From assembly GCF_009914755.1 (NCBI RefSeq), contig NC_060927.1: a stretch of 64,000 nucleotides of DNA; one strand, given 5' to 3'. Of this stretch, positions 44,600 to 61,082 are shown one piece after another (the first letter of the stretch is position 1; each line of letters starts with the position of its first letter). Source of the DNA: the human T2T-CHM13v2.0 reference genome, Homo sapiens. The position numbers and the translations under genes were made by a program. Under the pieces are notes generated by a model. It did not search any database and had not been told where the DNA came from. It saw only the letters and a list, made by a program, of their open reading frames with translations.

Positions 44600-45400
44600 A
44601 GTACATATTAAACTACTAAACAGATCCGTATAAGAAAAATCATTACTGCAGAGCATGAATTGCAACCTGAATAAAGAGAAATTTTTCATTTAACTACCAC
44701 TAAGTAATTGGAAAAAATGGGAAAATATTAGGCTTAAATTGTACCATATATGAAAATAAATCCAGGATGAATTGAAAATTAAATGTAAGGGGGAAAAAGA
44801 TTAAGCATGTAGAAAGATAGAAAAAATATATTTAAAAAAATATTTTATCATTACAGTATTTCTTTAAAAATATGAAAATTTCACTGACCATAGGGAATTT
44901 CTGTTGAATTCAACTATATTTAATATATTTAACTAGTTGTATATGTTCATCTTATGACATTATGAAGAAAGTGAAAGAGAAATAAGATATTGGGAAATTT
45001 ATGTACAAAATATATAATTGATTAGAAGCTATTAATAGTATCATAAGTACTTGAAGAACTCCTACAAATGAAAAACAAAGAGAAAATGTAAAACAATCCA
45101 ACATATATGTCTAAATACATAAAGTGCATTTTACAAGAAAGAAAACATAAGTGGCAGATAAACTTAAATATAGGCTCTGCCTCCTTAATAAAGAATGTGA
45201 CACAAATTGAAACCACAATGAAGTAATACTTAGACTTATCAGTGTAGCAATAAAAGCTCGTCAATAGTAAGTGATTGGGAAAAAATGAATAATCATAATT
45301 CTTCTTTTTTAATGATATAGCAAATTTGTACACATATTACAAAATATAGTACAGTTGAAGATGCTGCAAACTTACAATCCAGCCAAGCTACTCTTAGACC
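44600..45400 (+). mobile_element. Old L1ME ORF2 3' fragment
   Basis: aaataaatccaggatgaattg, aagaactcctacaaat, caaattgaaaccacaatga. Confidence 0.6.
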
Positions 45401-45801
45401 TTATCAGTGATAATTAAATTGTCGGACTATTGACTCAAAGAAATAAATAAATATATGTCTCAGATGACACACACACACATACACACACACAACACATACA
45501 TGCATCCATACACGTGATTAAAATAGAGTTTAATTAAAAGAGAGTAAACATTACAACTGAAGTTACATTCTCATATTTTCTTTTTTGATTTCTTTTTTTA
45601 TTATATTTAAGTTCTGAGATACATGTACAGAACGTGCAGGTTTGCTACATAGGTATACATGTGCCATGGTGGTTTGCTGCACCCATCAACCCATCATCTA
45701 CATTAGGTATTTCTCCTGATATTATCCCTCACCCAGCCCCCCACCCCCGACAGGCCCCAATATGTGATGTTACCCTCCCTGTGCCCATATGTTCTCATTG
45801 T

Positions 45802-49399
<3,598 letters not shown>

Positions 49400-49461
49400 T
49401 ATGATGCTAGCTGGTTTTTTGCCCAGTAGTTGTTGCAGTATTTTCATAGCATCGATGGTCT

Positions 49462-50481
49462 TTACATTTGGGTTTGTTTTTGCAGTGGCTGGTATGGGTT
49501 TTTCCTTTCCATATTTAGTGCTTCCTTCAGGAACTCTTGTAAGTCAGGCCTGGTGGTGACAAAATCTCTCAGCATTTGCTTTTCTGTTAAAAAAAATTAT
49601 TTCTCCTTTGCTTATGAAGTTTAGTTTGGCTGGATATGAAATTCTGGGTTGAAAATTCTTTTCTTTAAGAAGGTTGAATATTGGCCCTCATTCTCTTCTG
49701 GTTTGTAGGGTTTCTGCAGAGAAATCCACTGTTATTCTGATGGGCTTCCCTTTGTAGGTGACCTGGCCTTTCTCTCTGGCTGACATTAACATTTTTTCCT
49801 TCATTTCAACCTTGGTGAATCTGATGATTATGTGTCTAGGGGTTGCTCTTCTCGAGGAGTATCTTTGTGGTGTTCTCTGTATTTCCTGAATTTGAATGTT
49901 AGCCTGCTTGCTAGGTTGGTGAAGTTCTGGATAATATCCTGAAATGTGTTTTCCAACTTGGTTTCATTCTCTCTGTCACTTTCATGTACACCAATCAAAC
50001 ATAGGTTTGGTCTTTTCACATAGTCCCATATTTCTTGGAGGCTTTGTTCGTTCCTTTTCGTTCTTTTTTCTCTAATCTTGTCTTCACATTTTATTTCATT
50101 AATTTGATCTTCAATCTCTAATATCCTTTCTTCTGCATGATTGATTCGGCTATTGATACTTGTGTATGCTTCATGAAGTTCTCATGCTTTGTTTTTCAGC
50201 TCCATCAGATCATCTATGTTCTTCTCTAAACTGGTTATTCCAGTTAGCAATTGCTCTAACCTTTTATCAAGGTTCTTAACTTCCTTGCATTGAGTTAGAA
50301 CATGTTCCTTTAGCTCGGAGGAGTTTGTTATTACCCACATTCTGAAGCCTACTTCTGTCAATTGGTCAAACTCATTCTCCATCCAGTTTTGTTCCCTTGC
50401 TGGAGAGGAGTTGTGATCCTTTGGAAAAGAGGCATTCTGGTTTTGGGAATTTTCAGTCTTTTTGTGCTGGTTGTTCCTCAT
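49462..50481 (-). pseudogene. Disrupted L1 ORF1 (RNA-binding protein)
   Basis: MRNNQHKKTENSQNQNAS...ELKEHVLTQCKE...MELKN and KRPNLCLIGVHESDRENETKLENT; broken by stops and frameshifts. Confidence 0.92.
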
Positions 50482-51189
50482 CTTCATGGATTTATCTCTT
50501 TTTGGTCTTTGCTGTTGGTGACTTCAGGATGAAGTTTTTGCATTGTCGTCTTTTTTGTTGATGTTAATGCTACTGCTTTCTGTTTGTTAGTTTTCCTTCT
50601 AACAGTCAGGCCCCTCTTCTGCAGGTCTTCTGGAATTTGCTGGGGTCCATTCCAGACCCTGTTTTCCTGAGTATCACCAGCCGAGGCTGCAAAACAGCAA
50701 AGATTGCTGCCTGATCCTTCCTTTGGAAACTTTGTCCCAGAGGGGCACCCGCCAGATGCCAGAAGAAGCTCTCTGCTGTATGAGGTGTCTGTCGACCCCT
50801 GCTGGGCAGTGTCTTCCCGTCAGAAGGCATGGTGGTCAGAGACCCACTTGAGGAGGCAGTCTGTCCCTTAGCAGAGCTCAAGCACGGTGCTGGGTGATCC
50901 GCTGCTCTCTTCAGAGTCATCAGTCAAGAATGCTGAAGTCTGCTGAAGCTGCACCCACAGCCACTCTTTCCCCCAGGTGCTCTGTCCCAGGGAGGTGGGG
51001 GTTTTATCTATAAGCTCCTGACTGGGGCTGCTGCCTTTCTTTCAGAGATGCCATGCCCAGAGAGGAGGAATCTAGAGAGGAGTCTGGCTACAGCAGCTTT
51101 GCAGAGCTGCGGTGGGCTCCAACTAGTTTGAACTTCCCGGTGTCCTTGTTTACACTGTGAGGGGAAAACCACCTACTCAAGCCTAAGTA

Positions 51190-51474
51190 ATGGTGAATGC
51201 CCCTCCCCCCACCAAGCTCCAGCATCCCAGGTCGACTTCAGATTGCTGTGCTGGCAGCAAGAATTTCAAGCCAGTGGATCTTAGTTTGCTGGACTCTGTG
51301 GGGGTGGGATCCACTGAGCAAGACCACTTAGCTGCCTGGCTTCAGCCCCCTTTCCAGGGGAGTGAACAGTTCTGTCACCCTGGCATTCCAGGCACTACTG
51401 GGGTACAAAAAAAAGTCCCTCAGGTAGCTGGGTGTCTGCCCAAAGGGCCGCCCAGTTTACTGCATGTGGTGTAG
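51190..51474 (+). CDS. L1 ORF0-like open frame in the antisense 5'UTR (94 aa; translation unproven)
   Basis: MVNAPPPTKLQHPRSTSDCCAG...DSVGVG resembles the L1HS ORF0 N-terminus as I recall it (MAGAPPPASLPPCSLISDCCAS...DSVGVG). Strong Kozak context gtaATGg. Confidence 0.45.
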   Translation: MVNAPPPTKLQHPRSTSDCCAGSKNFKPVDLSLLDSVGVGSTEQDHLAAWLQPPFQGSEQFCHPGIPGTTGVQKKVPQVAGCLPKGPPSLLHVV

Positions 51475-52999
51475 GCACTCGAGGGAACCTCCTGGTCTGT
51501 GGGTGAGAAGACCATGGGAAAAGCATAGTATCTGGGTTGGACAGCACTGTCCCTCACAGCAGGTCCCTCATGTCTTTCCTTGATTAAGGGAGGGAGTCCC
51601 CCTATCCTTTGTGCTTCCCTGGTGAGGTAACGCCCCACTCTGCTTCGGATCACCCTCCGTGGACTGCACCCACTATCTAACCAGTCTCAATGAGATGAGC
51701 CCGGTACCTCAGTTGGAAATGCAGAAATCACCCACCTTCTGCTTTGGTCCCGCTGGGATCTGCAGACTGGAGCTGTTCCTATTCAGCCATCTTGCCCAGG
51801 AATCCTCATATTTTCTTATTATGCTTCATTTCCTCTCTTCTGTGTTATTCTTTTAAATGATTCTTATGACCATTAAACTGACTTAATAATCCACAAATTG
51901 ATCACAACATAAATCTTAAAAAATATTTTAGAGATTATTGCATCTGTGAAAACTCTTAACAGCAATGTTCTGATAGCATAATCTTGTGTGCTGGGAGCAG
52001 CTATTGTCCAATAATAGGTTAATACATATGAAATGGTGTTTTTTATTCTTATAACAAAAACATATATAACAATAAAAAAATTGGTGAATTGCAACTGCAT
52101 GCACTCACATGAATGTATTCCAAGATTCTAAAAATTGAATGGAATACAAAGTTGCCATTTATTAAAAGATTCAATATTAAACACATAAAAATCTGTATTT
52201 TAACTAAATAAATTTGTTGTAAAACTAATGAAAAACCAATAAAATGACAAACACAACATCAAGTTTGTAGTTTTGTGGGAGACAGGAAGTTCAACAAGGA
52301 CAGAAAGTGCTGCAGCTGCTAAGAGAACAAGGGATATTAAAGAGACTGCAAAATTCAATCATTAAACTGAGTGGTGAGAACATGAATATTTAATTCTAAT
52401 AGTTGGTAATTACACATACTTAAATATTTTGTATCTGTTTCACGTATAGCAAACATTTTAAAAGATAACATGTGAACAATATAAATAATTTTAGGCTAAT
52501 GAGAATACATAGATTACAAAAGAAGATGTAAAAAACACACAACCCTTGTATTGGATCATTCAACCACCATTTAATCTTTGTGCCATTTTGAGAGATTGGA
52601 AAAATAAAAAATATTTTTTACAAAATGTGTTTCCAGTTTCTCTTGAAGCTCAGTTTCTAGATCGGATTTTTGATCTGCAATTCAAATGAAGTTGTAAAAC
52701 ACAGTAGAAGGGCAAATGACAAATTTTGGTGGCAATGCAATTGGATAAGTGGGTTCCAAAAAATGAGGTGTTGGCAACAGCTGCACTCCATATTTTGCAT
52801 GCAGACAGGCTTATTGAGTGCAGAGCAGCTGTGGAGGAGGCAGCAATTACTTCTGCCAGGAATCTAGAACATAATAGCTCAAGGTCCATTTTTAATATAT
52901 TGCTTCATTTATAGTGAAGCACAATAATGGCAGACTCAGAAACCTTCATTAAGACTGTTCAGTGTTCACGAATTCTCCAGGTCTCTGGATGCACTATAT

Positions 53000-53185
53000 T
53001 TTATTATTATTATTATTATTTTGGAGATGGTGTCTTGCTATGTTGTCCAGGCTGGCATGCAATGACTATTCACAGTCATGATCATAGAGCATAGAGCAAT
53101 GCAGCTTTGAACTCCTGCCCTAAGGTAACCCTCCTGCCTTAGCCTCTGCAGTAGCAGAGATTACAAGTATACCATCAGACTGAGT
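53000..53185 (-). mobile_element. FAM (fossil Alu monomer)
   Basis: (TTA)n tail then gagatggtgtcttgctatgttgtccaggctgg...ctattcacagtcatgatcatag, the 7SL-like segment retained in FAM. Confidence 0.75.
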
Positions 53186-53919
53186 ACCAGGTGCATTCTT
53201 AAAGCAACTACCTAGTTTCAAGATACTGTTTTTGTTGTCTGTTTCTTCATAGATTTGTTTTTGAAATAACCCTGTGTGTGTAGCAGACTCCAGGGCTAAG
53301 CTTATACTATTTTATATTTTCTATATTATTAATAGATTTAACACTTGATATACTTTTTGTTCTTTTTTATCCCCCATTCTTAACCACAGAAATCTTTTTG
53401 AGACTCAATGGATTTTTGAAAGCACATTTTATATTTAAGTATTCAGTAATTTTTTTTAAAAAAGGCTAACAGACTATCTAAACCTTCATATTCCCAGGAA
53501 ACTGTATTTTTTCTTTATTTAATACTATACCAGCACATTTTCCAATAGAATTAAACAGCATTCAAAACATGGCTTTAATTGTAGACTTCTATTTGGATAA
53601 AAGGAGGTACTCTGCTTTATAGTTTTTTATTTTGGGAAACATCAGATACCTTTAATTTTTATTTTTATAAATAGAACTTTAATATACTTTCTTATTCATA
53701 AGTCTTCATGCACAGTTTTATTTCCTAAAGTTACATTTCTCAAAATATGCTCATTAAGAAGGCTCTAAACATGTTTAAAGACTCAATATATAATACCAAA
53801 AATGTCCTTCCTTCAGAAACGTTTGTGCTATAATATTGCTTGCTTCTTTCAATAGAAGCTATAATTTATGGGACAAAATACTGAAAATGAGATATTAGCA
53901 CAGAGAAGAGAAAGTTGCA

Positions 53920-54410
53920 CACATAGGGAAAGCACCTCACAAAGATTACTCTTGAGACTTTAGCTAAGTACTGATTAGTGAATTTACATAAAAATACTAC
54001 CAGAGGTAGGGAAAGAGCCACTAGACAGGAATGGGTGGAAAAATCCTTAAGAATTCGCCAGGACTGGTAATAGATTTGCTCCTACCAGTGAAACAGCATG
54101 ATAATATATAAGACATGAGTTAGAGTACTCAGAAGGGCATTGTCTGAGTAGTGGGTGAAAAGTAGTCTTAGACTCAAAGGCTTCTGCTGTCTTACCTAAT
54201 AAAGCATAAAAAGAAGCCTCAAAAGCATCAAACTTTTCCCAAGAAACTCAACTATTTCACAGAAAAAAAATCTTAGGAATTTTTTTAAAGCATAAAAATG
54301 CTGTCCAGCAACCAATAAACTAAAATCACAATGTCTAACATTGAAGAAAAAAATTACCAGCATACAAAGAAACAGAAAAATACAATTAAATGTAAGGAGA
54401 AATCAATGTT
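53920..54410 (+). mobile_element. Old L1M 5'/ORF1-proximal fragment
   Basis: ccagaggtagggaaagagccact, aaatcacaatgtctaacat...aaaattaccagcatacaaagaaacagaaaaat. Confidence 0.6.
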
Positions 54411-54414
54411 TTGA

Positions 54415-55420
54415 TCCTAGAGGTCTTGCATATTTTTCCAAAAATTTATTCTTCAATATTTGACTTTAATGCTGTTATAATTTTTTTAAATTCGTATAGT
54501 CAAATTTTCAATAACATATATAAGTACAATTGATGTTGTATGTTGACCTATTCTTTGATGTTACAAAATTTAACAATTTTTAATAAGTATCTGTAGATTT
54601 CTTTAATTTTCTTATACAGTCATCTATACACAAACGACAATTTATCTCTTCCCTGTAAAAATTTATCAGTGTTTTATGTTTCTGCGCTTGCTACAAGCTA
54701 TAACAAACGTTGAGAATACTGCTAATATTTGATTGTTGATATTTTTCAACTTAGGATACAAAGTGTTCAATAGTCTATCATTCAGTAGCATATTAGCTTA
54801 AAATAGTTTTGAAAGCACCTCAACCTGAGGAAATTTCTTTTTACTCTTAATTACTTGTGTTTATTTATGATGATTGGTTTTTAAATGTTATCAATTGTGG
54901 TTTATCATTTATTGAGATGATCTTTTTTATCTTATTCAGATAATGTGGAAACCTTCATTGTTAAATATTCAAATATCTTCATAAATAACAGTTTAATTTA
55001 TAGCTCTATTTTATTTGTTAATATTATTCAGGATTTTTGCATGGATTTTCCTTACAAACATTGGTCTGTAATTTTCTTCATTTGAAAGTTTTTTTTAGAT
55101 TTGGTTCTTAAAGTCCTAGGGCCATAAATGCTTTGGAAAATGTTTGCTCTTTCTGTATATTCTGAAAGGGTTTATGTAAATTGTATATTATGTTTTATTT
55201 AAATATTTGGAAGAATTGATGAATGAGGTCATTTCTGAGTAGGTTGTAAGGTATAGAAAAATTCAGGTTTTCTATTTTTTGTCAGATTTTTGTATCTGTG
55301 TTTGTCAAGAAAATTGTTATTTTTCTGTAAATTGTCATAATTTATTGGCATTTTTGATACGCTTTTTTGTTATATTTGTTTTAACATTTTCTTTTTTATT
55401 TAATCTATTTATAATCATGA
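54415..55420 (-). mobile_element. Old L1M ORF2 fragment
   Basis: agaggtcttgcatattttt, ttgagatgatc, ttggtctgtaattttctt. Confidence 0.6.
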
Positions 55421-55953
55421 TTATAAAACCTTAAATTAATTTTTAAAGTTTTGCATATTAGAAATTTTTACACATACTCCAACTTATTTTACAGAAATGT
55501 AAAAATATGTTCAATAATATATATTTCTTCAACAAAGTTTGAATAAAATGCATTTCTTTAATAGAGTTTATGTATTTCTTTAGTATATATGTAAATATAT
55601 ATGTATATATTTGTGGAAAAATATAAATAGGGCAGCATATATAAGAACTTAGCATGCTTCTCTGTATAATATGTACAGTAAAACACATAAGATACTATGC
55701 TGATTTAGATTAGTTTAAGTATTTGGTAGCTTAATTAAAATTGCTTTTCATTTAAAATGTCATTCTTTCATTTTAACTTGAGTATTTCATTTTAGATCTT
55801 GTCATTTTAATAAGCATTCTCTCTCTACTCCCACATACTTGGAATATTTCATTTAGTCATCATTGAACCAACGTGCCGTGTTACATTGGAAAAAAAAAAG
55901 AAATATATTCTCTACCTACTTAAAAAGTTTTACTTGATAAATAAATAAATAAA

Positions 55954-56024
55954 TTTATTTATTATTTTTATTATACTTTAAGTTTTAGAGTACATGTGTA
56001 CAACGTGCAGGTTTGTTACATGTG
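55954..56024 (-). mobile_element. Very short L1PA 3' terminal fragment
   Basis: ttattatactttaagttttagagtacatgtgtacaacgtgcaggtttgttacat. Confidence 0.85.
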
Positions 56025-56600
56025 TTAGCATTCACACAGTTACTGAGCTAGATGTTGAAGCTCAGTGAAATCTTCCCATTGTTGAGAAAACACTCAAAGT
56101 CAGATATTTGAAATTATCTAACTCCTGAGCCTTTGTACATTGCACAATACATGTCTCCATGTTTTTGTCACTTGGTTTGTCTGTTATTTTGTATATACAT
56201 GTAGGCTGTTCTCATAAGGAACACTAAAAAATAGTCAATCATTTTATAGACTATCCAAATACCAGATCATAAATCCATAAAATTTGGGCTATGGAATTCA
56301 GATAATATGATTTATGACTTAGACTATGTGGGTTATAAAATCACTTTAGGCACCTTTGGATAAACTTCAAAGAGACGGAAAATCATCTATCAGAAAAGCA
56401 GAAAATAATCTATAGTGAGAGGTCTATATGACACTTCATTGGGAAAGCACATCAGACATATTAAAATGAAATCGGAAAACAAAGTAATGGCTTCAAATAT
56501 GAGCATGCCACAGGTTAGAGAGCACTAGCAATTTATTAATTTAGCAATGAAGAGCTATTTATTTAACAATATTGGACATTAACAAGGTCACTTGTAAATA

Positions 56601-56864
<264 letters not shown>

Positions 56865-57552
56865 TTATGGAATATGAAAGGAGGTTAAAATGATGATACA
56901 ACAAGAAAACATATATATAGAGAAAGAGAACCAGCTTTTCTGTTCATAACCAAGTACAATTTTATCTGATTGTTAACTCATATATCAGAAACTCTTGATT
57001 ATTCTAAAGGCATATCAGATTTTTTACAAACTGATGGACCTTCCAGGAAAAGGCAGTTGCTATATGTTTTGCCAGTCTTCTCCATATGTTGATCTGCTCG
57101 ATGGAATAATTTAGTGTTTTCTGCAAAAATCACAATATTGGTTTTGGCATAAAGGCTATCTTGTCTTACATTTCTGACGGTATATGAAAAAGTTTAGTTA
57201 ATTTTTAGATAATTTCCGGGTCATAAATACATTAAAGAGATTTCTAATCTGTTATGAAAGTAGAATATAAAGTAATTTTCAAGGTGATAGCAAGTTATTT
57301 AAATAAACAAACAAGAAAGAAGAACAACTTAGACTCAGCGCTGTTCAATACCACTTGAGATTGAAATTAGACTTGTTGTGAAGCCATTCTCTAATCCAAC
57401 ATCTGGAAATTCGTGCTTTCTTTCTGGAAATTCATTTCTTTCATGCTTCCAACAACTGTTAGTCATTTTTCTGCTTTATATATCTGAAAGTCTTCCAAAT
57501 TAAAGCCCTTTTATTTGGAACTACTTATCACATTAAAAGTATAACACCTTAG

Positions 57553-57954
<402 letters not shown>

Positions 57955-58837
57955 AGTTATTTTCTGTAAAATGTCAGGTTTTTTTTTGGCTTGTTGCTTA
58001 TTTATGTGGTATTTTCTTTCTCAGACAAAAAAAACCATTAATTATTTTAAGTAGTGATAATAATTAGACATCCCATTTAACTTAATTTCTTATATATACA
58101 TATACACAATGCCAACTTTTGGCCTTCAAATTTGACTATGTAAAAAGGATTAAATTATGTCAAGAAACCAAAAACAAATTTCAGAGTATAATGTAGGTTA
58201 AAAACAATTAAAAAGGAATTTTCATTATGTGGACCCAGAATCTTAAATGAGATTTAATCATTGCTTTGAAAATTATGAAAGATAGATATGATGTTAATTG
58301 TTTATTACTAAATTTATAAAAGACAAAAATTTGAAGTGATTTTAATAAAAAATACTTTGAAAATAAGGCTTACATTTGTACTGAAGTTTGCAAAGAAGTG
58401 TATTAGACTGTAAAACATAACTGTAGACACATCTCATGTAAAAATACAATATATAGAATGCTGATTATTTATGAAGTTAAGAAATATACAAAAGTATTTA
58501 ACAATTTAAGGACTAAAGATAATTTTCATTATTTTACTACTCTCATAAAAATCTAATTACAAATGAATGCAGTAATTCTGACATAAGTGAATAGAATTCC
58601 TGGTTTATGTTACACTTAGTTTTAAGATACAGACAAAAATAGATATATGTGCTAAGCAGATTTATAAACTTATGTGTAAATCTGCCACTTGTGATTCTGA
58701 AAGATAGTTATCATTTAAACTTGAATATAATAATAATTGAAGAGAAATCTATTGTATATCAAAATTAAGTCTTTCTAATTAGGCAGATATAAATTAAAAG
58801 AAATACTTTGAGGAAACAACTTCGTTAATTTAGCCAT

Positions 58838-59760
58838 GAATTCATTCAATTTATTGAGCACCTATTTCTGCCAGGCATTTTTATAGTCACTTGGGATGTA
58901 TTAGTGAATAAAACACATAGATATTCAATGATAGGCTAGAGTTGGGAAACCACAGTTTACTAGAACAGATTGTTAAATATTTAGCATGTTTTGATTCGGT
59001 TTTTGAAACATTGCCATTGTTAACTTAAAATCAGCCATGATGGGAATATTTTACAACATGGAAATTGTGCAAACAATACAAAGCATGGCTTTCTTTTTTA
59101 GCCAATTTGCCAGCACACCATTTCAAATACCCCTTTTCTAGCACAGAAAGATACACCAAACAATATGAAGAATAAGCAAGTATATCATATTGTATGTTAG
59201 AAGGTAGTAAGAGTTACGGCAAACAAAAAAGAGACAGAGAATGGTGGTGAGTTTGTGAGTGTGATAGGAGAGCAGTTTGCAGCACTAAATAGGTTAGGCA
59301 TCATCAAACAAAAACAATAAAATTTGTGAGGTAGTTAGCCATGCATATAAGGAACAGGTAAGCTGCTGTGACAGGAGCAGAGTGAGCTGTGAAGCAGGGT
59401 AGTAGGAGAGAAGATCAGAGAGGTAATGGGGTCAGATAAGGTCATCTTCTGGAGGCTAGAGAAGGATTCTGATTTTTTCATATTGATTGGAATGGAGAGA
59501 ACCTGCAGGGTTCAAAAGAGTGACAATATCTAACATATTTTAAAAGAATAACTCTAGCTTCTATGTTGAATGTGGGGTCAATGCGTAGGAGGCATATAGA
59601 CAAAGTTTGAATAAGAGAAGCCTTTAGGATATGTTACATTCATTGCACAAGAAAAGACAGCAGCTTGCAAGAGGGTAGGGACAAATGAACACAATGAGAA
59701 GTCCTTGGATTCTGAATATATCTCAAGAGCTATAGCCATAAAGGATTTGGTGGTGGTAAC
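58838..59760 (-). mobile_element. L2 LINE fragment
   Basis: ttcattcaatttattgagcacctat...tgccaggca (antisense L2 3' end); taactctagcttctatgttgaat; tggattctgaatatatctcaag. Confidence 0.75.
58955..59122. mobile_element. MER63-like hAT DNA transposon fragment nested in L2
   Basis: aaaatcagccatgatgggaatattttacaacatggaaatt...tttgccagcacacca; family call from memory. Confidence 0.6.
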
Positions 59761-60190
59761 TGCAAACAAGTTTATCACTACTAACCAATTACTTAAAGGT
59801 CAATATCTTGGAAAGTTAAATTTCCATCATGACTAGTGAGTTACCTTTGGTGCCCCAAATTAAAATACATAATGTGTTAATATCCTGTGAGCCAGACTGG
59901 CCACTTTTACCACAGCTTGATTTTGTAATTTTTCAATCCTTTAAAATTAGAATAATTTTCTTTTCATAATTTTTGTTTCAACATTTTAAGGAGTTAACAA
60001 TATCAGTTTGACTTTTAAATATTTATCTAATTGAAAGTTTGAGTATGCTTCTGTTTTCACTTGTCATGAGATAGTCTTGTTTGTCAAGAGCCACTAGTAC
60101 CACAATTAACATAATTGACACCAATCTGAGGCCATTAAGATGCATTTTGCTTCACATTGGAAATCTTTGTCCTCTTCATCTTAGAAGCCA

Positions 60191-60191
<1 letters not shown>

Positions 60192-60229
<38 letters not shown>
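60192..60229. repeat. (ATT)n trinucleotide microsatellite
   Basis: Directly visible. Confidence 0.95.
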
Positions 60230-60914
60230 CATCTTGCTAATGAAATGAAGTGGTATGGGATTTCTAATTTACTTAAAACTAAGATCGGTTTTCTTTCAAG
60301 TCCATAGCTGGACTGATAGAAATCTACTTCAGGGCACATTTCAAGGTACATTAGACATCATCAACTTTATTCACACAATGCTTTTATTATTGAAATATTA
60401 AATGACCCCCTCCTCATCCAAAACACAGTGTTTAGACTCTAGCAATTAGCAGTTAGCAGACATATTTCCTACAGATGCAATGAATGAACTGTGTCTGAAT
60501 TATATAATCATTATTTCATACATGTAATGTGAGTTTATCTTTCATAGGAACTTCATGTTCAGGTGGTAACTTGCTCTACATACTGGAGGAAAGAAAAACT
60601 CTATAAAATAACTGATTATATGATTTGAAAGAGTCACCTACAGCATCTTTATTCTTCCATGTTTCTATATGATGATCTATATAATACTTGCCATAATTCT
60701 CTTGAAGATACCTTGATGACATATTATAATAATATATCACAGGAGTGCTACTACTAGGTTTTATTTAAGAAGTTTTACATGTTATAAAACTAACTTAAAC
60801 ACCAAAAGTCAAATATTTATTTTTCCTGAGAGTTGTATTCAAAATGAGGCATAATTAATACAGAACTTTAATTTTAGAAATTATCATATGGAGTATATGT
60901 ATAAGATAAAACAG

Positions 60915-61082
60915 CAGGGGATTTTAGAGGTCACACCAAAATTCTTACTTAAGGGAGGTGGTGATTAACACCAAATGAGGTGATATGACTTGCCTAAAGT
61001 CACACAAACAGTAAATAGTCCTGGGATTAACATCTATTTTCCGAAGTTCATCTTTCGTGCTTTTTGTGTAATACCATGCTGT
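60915..61082 (-). mobile_element. MIR/MIR3 fragment
   Basis: gaggtgatatgacttgcctaaagtcacaca...ataccatgctg. Confidence 0.6.
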
